Source of the DNA: a virus
Taxonomy: Duplodnaviria > Caudoviricetes
Length of the DNA: 53,374 bases
Direction: 5' to 3' (one strand)
IMG/VR virus record: IMGVR_UViG_3300025296_003000
Span: 1 to 53,374 of that record
In this document: positions 36,228 to 45,100 of the stretch, in pieces
Layout of the letters: each line of letters begins with the position of its first letter
How positions within the stretch are numbered: the stretch's first letter is position 1
Translations under genes and position numbers: made by a program
The notes under the pieces: generated by a model
The model's database searches: none
What the model was told of the DNA's origin: nothing
The model's input: only the letters and a program-made list of their open reading frames with translations

Positions 36228-37876
36228 CAGGAGGCAAAAAAGCCTACTATCGATCAATTCCTCGCTCCAAAGATCTTGCCCAATCACTGCCAGCATTAAC
36301 TGAAAACATCGAGATCCTGACCGGCGCTCGCGGCAATGGTCTGGACAAGGCGGTTACCCGGCGCGAATTGTTGGCGTCAGGAGCCTTTCGTTTTCAGCCT
36401 GCAAGCGGCGGAACAATTGGAGGCTCTGGCGGCAACTTAATCCCTGTTGCGCCAGATACTGATGGCCGGATTGACTATCCCAATGCTCCAGAGGGATTGC
36501 AGGTTACGGGTGGATTCACGTTCATCATGGTCGAGTGGGATGCGCCTACCTTCGCTGGTTTCGCCTACGCAGAGATATGGCGCGCGGCCGCTGATCTCAG
36601 CCCTGGCGCTACCCCGGCTGAGTTTGGTTCTGCCGTTCGGGTTGCTACCACTCAGGCAACTGTTTACATCGACCCTGTTGAACTTGAGTCAGCTTATTAC
36701 TATTGGATTCGTTTCGTAAACCGCAATGATGAGGCGGGCCCCATCAACGCGACTGCTGGGACGCTGGGCCAGACTGCTCGTGACATCAATAAAATCCAGG
36801 CTGCGCTTGAGAGCGCGATTACTGAAAACCAGTTTGCCGCAGCTCTTAACAGCCGAATTGAGTTGATCGACGGCGGCGAGCTGCTACCGGGCAGCGTGAA
36901 TGCTCGAATACTATCGGAAGCTCAGGCGCGGGAAGATGGTGACAACACCATCGCAGAATACGTCGACGTCCTTCAACTGACAGTAAACGGCAACACCTCC
37001 AGCATAGCTACCCTGCAAACCCTGACTGATGGCCTCTCTGCTCAGTACATGGTCAAGCTGGACGTGAATGGCTATGTGACTGGCTTTGGCCTTTTCAACG
37101 AAGGTCCGGGCGCAAGCGGATTCCTGATCCATACCGACTTTTTCGCAGTCGGCAAACCAGGGCAGACAACAAAATATCCGTTCATCATCGGCACCGTAAA
37201 TGGCCTAACCACCATCGTGCTGGACGCGGCGACATTCATTGCTGACGCGACAATCACAACGGCCAAGATTCGGGATCTGGCTGTTGATTTCGCCAAGATA
37301 GCGGACCTGGCAGTCGGTTCAGCAAAGATCGCAAACTTGGCGGTCACAACTGCGAAGATCGAGGATCTGGCGGTCACGGCCGCCAAGATTGGATATCTGG
37401 CTGTAGGGACCGCTCAGATAAACGATGCTGCAATCACTGCAGCGAAGATCGGTAACGCGGAAGTCGGAACGCTCAAGATTGCCAACGAAGCGGTTACCGT
37501 CCCGGCTGGCTCATCAATCTACTACGGCGGATTCATACCGAACAGCTGGATCACGATCGACTACGTTGATGTGAACTGGGGGGGCAATCCACCAGCTGCC
37601 GTGATGGTATCGGCTTTCTGCAACTACGAACCTCAATCTGGCGACAGTTTGAGTGTGGCCTTGCGAGTAGCCGTGTCGATTAACGGCGGCGCTGACATAA
37701 CGGCCGGCGACGTTGGTCTCTCTGCCGTCAATGGATACTCGGTGATTGCCAACACAAGCTGGCGATTCACCGGGCAGAGTGGCAGCTGCCGGTACAAGAT
37801 CCAGGTATTTGCCAGCACTGGCGGAAAGTACAAGGCTGGTGGGTGCGGTATCACAGTGCTTGGGGTGCGCCGATGA
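36224..37876 (+). CDS. Tail tip/fibre protein (FN3 + DUF1983/TipJ-like + decapeptide repeats)
   Basis: AEIWRA, YYWIRFVN, AQY.VK.DVNGYV.GFGL, AKI.DLAV repeats. Confidence 0.75.
   Translation: MTGGKKAYYRSIPRSKDLAQSLPALTENIEILTGARGNGLDKAVTRRELLASGAFRFQPASGGTIGGSGGNLIPVAPDTDGRIDYPNAPEGLQVTGGFTFIMVEWDAPTFAGFAYAEIWRAAADLSPGATPAEFGSAVRVATTQATVYIDPVELESAYYYWIRFVNRNDEAGPINATAGTLGQTARDINKIQAALESAITENQFAAALNSRIELIDGGELLPGSVNARILSEAQAREDGDNTIAEYVDVLQLTVNGNTSSIATLQTLTDGLSAQYMVKLDVNGYVTGFGLFNEGPGASGFLIHTDFFAVGKPGQTTKYPFIIGTVNGLTTIVLDAATFIADATITTAKIRDLAVDFAKIADLAVGSAKIANLAVTTAKIEDLAVTAAKIGYLAVGTAQINDAAITAAKIGNAEVGTLKIANEAVTVPAGSSIYYGGFIPNSWITIDYVDVNWGGNPPAAVMVSAFCNYEPQSGDSLSVALRVAVSINGGADITAGDVGLSAVNGYSVIANTSWRFTGQSGSCRYKIQVFASTGGKYKAGGCGITVLGVRR
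37244..37497 (+). repeat. About eight degenerate 30-nt (10-aa) repeats
   Basis: ATITTAKIRD-LAVDFAKIAD-LAVGSAKIAN-LAVTTAKIED-LAVTAAKIGY... Confidence 0.8.
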
Positions 37877-38277
37877 TTGATGTGGTTTATTACGAGCCGA
37901 ACGGCAGAATCACTGGCTGCAAAACCATTCAGGCAGGCATGGAAGAGCAAAATTGCCCTGCCGGTAGCAGCTGGTATGTCACGACCGCGCCAGTATGCGC
38001 AACACGCCAGCGCATTATTGTCGGCACAGAAGGCCCGGAGCCATTCGCAAGACCGCCGATGCCGATCACCCATACACCGCTCACGATCACGACTGAGGAA
38101 GATGTGACGATTACCGGGATACCAGTCGGCGCCGTGCTTTCGCATCCTGATGGTGAGGATGTGATTGACGATGGCGATGTGTCCTGGGGCTCAGCAGTGC
38201 CAGGCGTCTTTATTCTGACCATCGAAAAATTCCCCTACCTTGGAGTAAACCTGCGTGTCGAAGTCAATCCGGCATGA
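37873..38277 (+). CDS. Tail-associated hypothetical protein
   Basis: 134 aa, ATGA-coupled. Confidence 0.65.
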   Translation: MIDVVYYEPNGRITGCKTIQAGMEEQNCPAGSSWYVTTAPVCATRQRIIVGTEGPEPFARPPMPITHTPLTITTEEDVTITGIPVGAVLSHPDGEDVIDDGDVSWGSAVPGVFILTIEKFPYLGVNLRVEVNPA

Positions 38278-38473
38278 TCCGCGCGCCAAGCTGCCAGAAA
38301 AGCAGCGTCAACGGCTGCAGGCTATGGACCATGACCTGTTGCGTATGTCGCCTGATGAGGCGGCGCAGTGGGTGGAGAGTAACGTGAAGAATCTCCCTCA
38401 AGTCAAAGCGCTTGTTGTGGATCTGGTCAAAGCAGTGAACGCACTGGCACATGAGGTCCGAAGGCCAAAATGA
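38255..38473 (+). CDS. Hypothetical protein
   Basis: 72 aa, GGAG SD, overlaps both neighbours. Confidence 0.6.
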   Translation: MSKSIRHDPRAKLPEKQRQRLQAMDHDLLRMSPDEAAQWVESNVKNLPQVKALVVDLVKAVNALAHEVRRPK

Positions 38474-38865
38474 TTCATCCAGTTCTGACGAACATTGATC
38501 AGGTTATAGGCCAGATTGGGCCGCAGATTGAAGTGATTGGCGAGCGATCGAGCAGGGCGAATCTACTGCGTGACATCGTAGAGGCCTGCAGAAACAAAAA
38601 GGCGTTTCTGTTCACGATCATTGGCGATGACTCGTTCGCGGTACTTCGCCCCATGCCTCAGCGTGTGGTGCAAGTGTGGGTGGCATACAGCCGGGCAGGT
38701 AACGCAACAGAGCAGTACCTGCCTGCAATCAAAGAGCTTTGCCGGAGCGTAGGGGCAACACAAATTGAGTTTGAAACAGCGCTGGAGTCAGTCGAACGGC
38801 TGATGCCGCGCTTTGGCTGGAAGAAGGCATACACGGTCTGGAGGTTGAAAATCGATGAGACATAA
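38470..38865 (+). CDS. GNAT-fold protein (P22 gp14-like position)
   Basis: F.VL.P.....VWVAYS, GA..I.F.T, ...FGW; precedes ejection genes. Confidence 0.6.
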   Translation: MIHPVLTNIDQVIGQIGPQIEVIGERSSRANLLRDIVEACRNKKAFLFTIIGDDSFAVLRPMPQRVVQVWVAYSRAGNATEQYLPAIKELCRSVGATQIEFETALESVERLMPRFGWKKAYTVWRLKIDET

Positions 38866-39460
38866 TCGCGGGCGTTTTTACAGGCCGCTGTACTTCAAAG
38901 GCGGGAGCAACCGCATTGAAGAAACGGCGGACCAGAAAGAGTTTGCCCGGATCGCTGCAGAGCGCTGGGGTAACTACCAAGCCACGTTTGTGCCGGCAGA
39001 AAACAAGTACATTGAGGAAATGACGGATTATGACAATCCGGCGCGCATGGAAGGTGCGACACGTTCAGCCAGGGCAGCAGTGCAGGACAGTGCAGCAGAC
39101 GCATGGCAGGAGCGCTCGTCACAAATGACGCGACAGGCGATCGATCCATCATCGGGCCGATTCGGTGCCGCTGTGATCGATCATGCCGCTCGAACGGCCG
39201 GCATCGAAACGGATGTGGTCAACCGCACTCAGCAGGCTGTTCAGGATCAACGCGTCCAGGGCATGAAGAATATCGTGGCCATGGGTAACGGTCAGTCAGC
39301 CGAAGCCCTACAGGGCATGGGTGATGTTGCCAGTCGAAGCGCTGCTGAAGCGGCAGACTCCGCGCTCAGAAAGGAGAATCGGCGCTCATCTACGAACCAG
39401 GCCATCGGCACGGTAGCAGGCGCTGGAACCCGCGCCGCCATTGAGTACGGAGGCCGATAA
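38855..39460 (+). CDS. Ejection/pilot protein (P22 gp7-like)
   Basis: Short leader then KGG; Ala/Gln-rich helical; DPSSGRF; Gly-rich C-terminus. Confidence 0.65.
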   Translation: MRHNRGRFYRPLYFKGGSNRIEETADQKEFARIAAERWGNYQATFVPAENKYIEEMTDYDNPARMEGATRSARAAVQDSAADAWQERSSQMTRQAIDPSSGRFGAAVIDHAARTAGIETDVVNRTQQAVQDQRVQGMKNIVAMGNGQSAEALQGMGDVASRSAAEAADSALRKENRRSSTNQAIGTVAGAGTRAAIEYGGR

Positions 39461-39461
39461 C

Positions 39462-39932
39462 ATGCCTTACAACTACCCCTACGACGAGACCGATAGAACC
39501 GGCAATTTTACCGGCACTCGCGCCACGGCTTTGCCTGTCCCGCGCCCTGGGAGTGACACCTACGCACAGGATATGAACGCGTATATCGCCCGGCAGCAGT
39601 GGGAGGATTACCAGCGAAGATTCCAGCCGGTTGAGCGACAACTGATCGATGAGACGATGGGCAGGGAGCTTCTGGATAAACGGCTTTCCTCGATATCTGC
39701 GATCACTGACACATCGTTCGATTCAGCGCTACGCAATGCCCGTATGACCCGTGAAATGTATGGCGCGGGCCAGACGAATCAGCAGCGCCAGTACGAGGAT
39801 CGCCGCATGGACCTTGGGCGAAGCACCGCTATCGCTGACGCGAGAAACAGCACGCGAACACGCATCCACGATCGCAATATGGACACGCTCGCAGGCGGAT
39901 CCAGCGCGGTTAATCAGGCTATCAGGGGGTAA
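39462..39932 (+). CDS. Putative ejection protein
   Basis: 156 aa from ATG 39462 (GGAGG SD); W.DY..RF.PVE motif echoes the preceding gene. Confidence 0.6.
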   Translation: MPYNYPYDETDRTGNFTGTRATALPVPRPGSDTYAQDMNAYIARQQWEDYQRRFQPVERQLIDETMGRELLDKRLSSISAITDTSFDSALRNARMTREMYGAGQTNQQRQYEDRRMDLGRSTAIADARNSTRTRIHDRNMDTLAGGSSAVNQAIRG

Positions 39933-39934
39933 TC

Positions 39935-40378
39935 ATGTCCTACAGTATTCTGGACTCAGGCAATTTCCAGAAGCGCCAGGCTATCGGGGCTTTTGACCTC
40001 CTGGCCGATCAGGAGAGTGTGCGCAACCAGACCAACAGAGCAATCGCCGATGCAGAGGATGCGAGCCGGGATTCTGCCCTGGGTACAACGGCCGGCGCCG
40101 CGATCAGCTATGGGGTAAAACAGGCCGCAACCAACGCCGCAGTTAATGCGGCAGTACCAACAGCAGTGACTGCCACTGGCGGAGCCATATCAGGTGCTGC
40201 AGGCAATGCAGGCGTGGCCGCCCTTGGGCTGACACCAGCAGCAAGCACAACAGCGGCTACGGCAGCTACGGGCGCTGCAGGAGCATCAACAGCAGGCAGC
40301 ACCGGACTGATGGCAGCAATGGGCCCGGCAGGTTGGGCAATGGCAGCCGGACTACTCGCATTTTCATTGTTTTCGTGA
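39935..40378 (+). CDS. Putative membrane-inserting ejection protein
   Basis: Gly/Ala-rich with hydrophobic MGPAGWAMAAGLLAFSLF C-terminus. Confidence 0.6.
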   Translation: MSYSILDSGNFQKRQAIGAFDLLADQESVRNQTNRAIADAEDASRDSALGTTAGAAISYGVKQAATNAAVNAAVPTAVTATGGAISGAAGNAGVAALGLTPAASTTAATAATGAAGASTAGSTGLMAAMGPAGWAMAAGLLAFSLFS

Positions 40379-40387
40379 GGCACTGAC

Positions 40388-41893
40388 ATGGCAGCAGCAG
40401 ACTTTGTTCAGGGGGCTCTGACGGGCTACCAATTCGTTGATGGTCAGATTCGCCAAAACGAGTACGACAATCAGCGCAAAATGGCGATTCAGACGGAGGA
40501 TCAGCGCTATCAGGAAGGAAAGGCGCGGCAGGCCCGCCTCGATGCCGAGAATGCGAACGATCGCGCCTTTACCCGGCAGCGGCTTGAAAGCATGGATGCA
40601 ATTGCGGCAGAGGATCGGCAATTCAATCGCGATCGCTTGCGCAGCCAGGACGCATTCGCCGCGCAGCAGCAGGCTTTAAATCTACAGGACCGTGAGCGGG
40701 CTGAGCGTGACCGATTCCGACAGGAACTGAAGGAAGCTGCCATCTTCGAGGCGCAGCGCGCCATGGCAGGCGGCTCTCCGTTCTCCAAAGAGCGGCACGA
40801 TCAGCTGGAACAGGAGGGCATGGGGTGGCTGTCCTTCTACCATGCTGTTGAGCATCCAGAGACCCACGACTCAGCACTCCGCCTTCGTCCGATTCTGGAG
40901 CAGCTGGGATCTGGCGACACCAGCGTGGTCAATTCTGAGGAAGCGCTGCAGATATTCAATGACATCTACGGCGACGAGATACAGCAGGGCATAGGTGAAT
41001 TCAATTCAGCGCGGAATGCCCGTGTTGTTGAGAAGCGTATTGCCGGATTTGAGCCTGGGCCCAATGGCCGGCTTGCCGCCATGATCGAAGTGACCCTGGA
41101 CAACGGCGAAACGTACATTGCTCCACGCACTCGAAACGGCAGTACGTCGCCTGATGACCCCGTTGTACTGATCGACCCGGGAACCGCAATGGATGACCTG
41201 ATGGGCCGGTATCGGCTGGCAGTTGAAGCAGAGGATCGGCGCGAGGACATCGAAAACCAGTACCGAGCGGTTTATGGCGCTCTGCCGGGTGAGCAGCGCA
41301 GGGAACCGAAGCTGGAGAAGGTCACCGACGCATTCGGAAACACATCATTCTTCACGTGGGACGGGGAAAGCCTGCGCGCTATTCAGCCTGAAAACGCTGA
41401 TTCTGGCTCTGCCATACCCCGCGCCGCGGTTGACGACCTGTTGAGCGATCCATCCCCGGAAGCTATAGCGGAATTCGATGAGGTATTTGGAGAAGGATCT
41501 GCCCGTGCGTTTATTGATCGAAGCCGAACAGGTGAGCAGCGATTCCAGTTTGATCGGTCGGGACTTGATCAGCCAGCACAGCAGCCCCCAGAGCGGCAAC
41601 CATCCCCCGATCAGCAGACACGCAGCGACATTCCCGCCGTCAATGCCGAATCCCTGACGCCGGAGCAGATCGACCAGCTCAGGCAGAGAGTTTCAGAGGT
41701 ATCCGGTGCGCGTGCCGCTGGTCAGCGCGTAGGCGAGGATATGCGCTTTGTTGTCGATTCCCAGGGAAGGATTGTTAAGGCAACGGCCGAAATGCTGTCA
41801 GCCCCGACTCGATACGGTATTCGCCTGATTACTGGCGCTGTTAAAGGCGTTGGCAACTTCCTGTACGGGATCTACGAGGGCGATCAGCAGTAA
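40388..41893 (+). CDS. Putative ejection protein (501 aa)
   Basis: FVQG...GY N-term, coiled coil, Y.AP.T.N.S..PDDPV; position before giant gene. Confidence 0.65.
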   Translation: MAAADFVQGALTGYQFVDGQIRQNEYDNQRKMAIQTEDQRYQEGKARQARLDAENANDRAFTRQRLESMDAIAAEDRQFNRDRLRSQDAFAAQQQALNLQDRERAERDRFRQELKEAAIFEAQRAMAGGSPFSKERHDQLEQEGMGWLSFYHAVEHPETHDSALRLRPILEQLGSGDTSVVNSEEALQIFNDIYGDEIQQGIGEFNSARNARVVEKRIAGFEPGPNGRLAAMIEVTLDNGETYIAPRTRNGSTSPDDPVVLIDPGTAMDDLMGRYRLAVEAEDRREDIENQYRAVYGALPGEQRREPKLEKVTDAFGNTSFFTWDGESLRAIQPENADSGSAIPRAAVDDLLSDPSPEAIAEFDEVFGEGSARAFIDRSRTGEQRFQFDRSGLDQPAQQPPERQPSPDQQTRSDIPAVNAESLTPEQIDQLRQRVSEVSGARAAGQRVGEDMRFVVDSQGRIVKATAEMLSAPTRYGIRLITGAVKGVGNFLYGIYEGDQQ

Positions 41894-42156
41894 TTGAGGT
41901 ATTTGGCGAAGCGATTGGTGGCCAGCTGCTCGAGCCGCTTTTCCTCGCTTACCGCGACGCAGGACTGCGACTGAGCGCCAGACTCAGGAAATTGCAATCG
42001 ACATGCCTGGTGAACCAGCTGGGCAGCAGCATCTGAATCGACTCCCCCAATGTTTTCAAGAATGCACTCGTCATAGCTTGCTACCGTCTTTTCTGGGGCG
42101 CACCCAGTCGAGAGAGTCACGGCGCTTGCCAGCAAGACGATCACCAGAGTTTTCAT
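41884..42156 (-). CDS. 90-aa Cys-rich lipoprotein, antisense to the late operon; candidate superinfection exclusion protein
   Basis: MKTLVIVLLASAVTLSTG-C signal/lipobox; AAGG SD; YDECILEN..G..SD.AA..V..AC (reminiscent of VF_A0006-type four-Cys proteins); C-terminal NRFAKYL. Confidence 0.8.
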   Translation of the reverse strand: MKTLVIVLLASAVTLSTGCAPEKTVASYDECILENIGGVDSDAAAQLVHQACRLQFPESGAQSQSCVAVSEEKRLEQLATNRFAKYLNYC

Positions 42157-42181
42157 AACATAAACCTTTGCAGGTAAAAAA

Positions 42182-45100
42182 ATGGCCAATCGGTTTTCAA
42201 AGTATGTCGCGCCCACCGAAAACGAACCGCAGAGCAACAGTAACAGATTCGCAAAGTATCTGCCCCAACAACAGCCCGTCCGCGAGGAATCGCAAGGCAG
42301 GGGTATTACGGGCGTTGCCAAGGATCTCGGTGTGTCAGCTGCAGGTGGTGCGGCCAACGTGGTTAAAGCGGCCGGTGATATCTATGGCGTTGTAACAGGC
42401 GACTACGATAACGCGGCTTCACGCGCTGGGACGGCTGGCCGGGAATATTTCAACGAGCGTAAATCGCCGGAACTGCAGGCGCTTGAGCAAGCCAGACAGG
42501 AAAAAATCGAAGCGGCCGAAACCGAGCTTGGCAAAGCAGGCGTTGCCCTTTGGGAAACGATTAAATCACCGTCATTGTGGTCATCATTCCTCGCAGAGCA
42601 GGCACCAATGCTACTTCCCGTTGGTGCTGCAGGTCGCGCAACTGGATCTGTTGCTGGCCGCATTGCCTCCAATCAGATAGCAGGGCGCGCAGCCGCCCGA
42701 GGCATGAGTGAAGAGGCAACCGAAAGAGCCGTCAACCGATTCGCCGGCCAGACCGCGAGCAGAGCAGGCACAGCTGGTGCCGTGGCCACTGGCGCAGCAA
42801 TGCACGGCTCAGAATCTGGATCCTCGACATACGATGAGCTTCTGGATTTGCCCGATGAAATCTGGCAAGAAAACGATGATCTTCAGCGCCTGATGGCTGA
42901 TGGCCTGCCCTTTGAAGATGCCAAGGTCGCACTGGCTGAGCGCTATTCCAGACAGGCGGCATTTGGTGCCGGCGCTGTTTCCGTCCTCACAAATATGCTG
43001 CCTGGTGCCAGAATCCTCGAAAGCCGATTGGCTGGCAATCGATTGACCGGATCAACTACCGGCAATGTCGTTCGCGGCTTCCTTGGTGAAACCGCTCAGG
43101 AAGGCTTGGAAGAAGGCACAGGCACAGTTTCCACGAACCTTGCTGTTGGTAACGTCGATCCTGATCGCGAATGGCAGGAAGGCGTTGGCGAAGCCGTAGG
43201 CATGGGCGCGGCCGCTGGCCCGTTCGGTGCTGTTGCTGGTGCTACCAACAGACGGCCACAGCCCGCTCCGTCCGCTATTCGCGTCCAGAACAACCCAGAG
43301 CCAGAACCTTCAGAGGAAGTCGATTCGCAGCCTGACTCCCCGAATCAGGACGGCAGCATCGATATGATCACGCCAGCTGAATATGATCCAGCGCCTGACA
43401 TGATCGAGCCTGCGCCGTACCGTCCGCTTCGCGCCGTTATGAATCCACAGGAGCAAGAGGCTTTCGACCTGTTGGAGCGTGAGCGTCAGGAGCAGATGGA
43501 GCGCGATTACGAAGCGGCACTGCAGCAGCGATCTGAGCAAGAAATCACTCGCGCCAATGAGGAAACCGCGAAACAGGAGATCATTCAGCGCTACACACCC
43601 GAAGCCGCGCCAACGAATCCAGCCATGGCCAACGCACTGCTTGGCGCCTATATCCGAAACACACCTACCGCGATCGATACCGGCGAGACTGATATCGAGG
43701 CGTCAAACAACGAATTCCAGCAGCGCTCGAATCAGTCTGCCGTTCGTCCCGCCCCAAGCACTCCGGACCCGGCCGTCGATCGCGCCCCTATGGACCCGCG
43801 AATCCAGCGCCTCCAGGCTATCCGCAAAGAGTATGAATCAGCCTACGATCGTGGCTCACTGAATGACACACTGGCTGCCGTGGAGAAGGCAAACGCTGAG
43901 ATTGATGCCTTTGCCAAAGAGTCTGTTGAGGCGGGTACGGCGCCATTCTATCGAAGCACTGCCGGTGATATGTATTTCAGTGTCACGCCGTCAACCCGGC
44001 AACCAGGCAAATACCAGATCACCACATTCAACGATACCGGCGCCCTGGGCGATACGGTCGTCAACTCGCTGGATGAGGTTCACAAGGAAATCAACGGCGC
44101 TCACGCTGACCCTGTTCCTGCAGCTGAAGCGGAGCAGATCATGGCGCGTCTGGCCAAAGCAGAGGCTGAGTATCAGCAGCGAAGAGCAGCATTTGAGCAG
44201 GCACAGCAGGCACCTGCAGCTGAAACTGCCCCGCAACCTGCGCGCGCATTAATCGCCGCTGATCAGGCTGACATTGAGCGCAGAGCAGTCGAAGCAGAGC
44301 GACAGGCCAAACTCGCAAAACGACGCCGCGTGGATACCGAAAACGACACAATCGTGCGCGCGGCCATTAAACTCGGGGGCATTAAGCCCCAGTGGAAAGA
44401 GGATATTACCGGCGACACCAAAGGCAACACGAATGTGCCTGGCGTTGGCTTCCTGTTTACCGATCGCGGCACCAGCATCGATGATATGGCCACCAAACTG
44501 CACGAGGCCGGGTATATCCCTGACTCGGAAATGCAGAATCTCGGTGGTGTGCCCTGGTTGAACGAGCGCCTTGGCAATGAGCTGGCCGGTCGCGGTAAAA
44601 CATACTCGCTTTCATCCAGCAAAGCCGTGGATGAGATTCTGGCCGCGCGTGATGAGCAGATGGAAATCGAGCGCGAAATGCTGGCCAGCCAGCGCGAGGC
44701 GGAGTATGCTGCAATCGAGGCGGAATACGGTCCAGAAGCAGCTGAACTGGCTCGTCAATATGACGAGGACATGGACAATATCAACGAGGATCTGTCCTCA
44801 GAGGCCGATTACTATGAGCAACAACTCCAGCAGCGGGAAGAAACCGCACAAGCCCGGCTCGATGAATCACTCACAGATGCCGAAGCAGCCGCCCGTGATG
44901 AGCAGCTACGGCAAGCTGATGACCAAGAAAGTCGACAACCTGCAGAAGCTGGTCGACGTGCGCAAGCAGCGCCTGAACCAGACCAGCTAACCCTCGTCCA
45001 GCAATCAGAGTCTGAGCGCGCTCAGGCCGAATCCCAGACAAAAGCCCGCCAACAGGCAGAAGATCAGAAACGCGCTCAGGACCGCGCCAAAGCGGAAGCA

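Noticed and set aside
30975-37876. Diversity-generating retroelement or invertible fibre cassette
   Set aside because: No reverse transcriptase or invertase, and no TR/VR pair or flanking inverted repeats noticed by eye
41479-41911. 16/17-nt direct repeat TGAGGTATTTGG(A/C)GAAG (41479-95, 41895-911); EVFGE on plus reads F(S/A)KYL on minus
   Set aside because: Borderline by chance and does not account for the full NRFAKYL match to the giant protein; kept only as a possible origin of the mimic sequence
42157-42357. 157-aa version of the antisense lipoprotein
   Set aside because: The extension overlaps the giant gene; the signal peptide and SD point to ATG 42156
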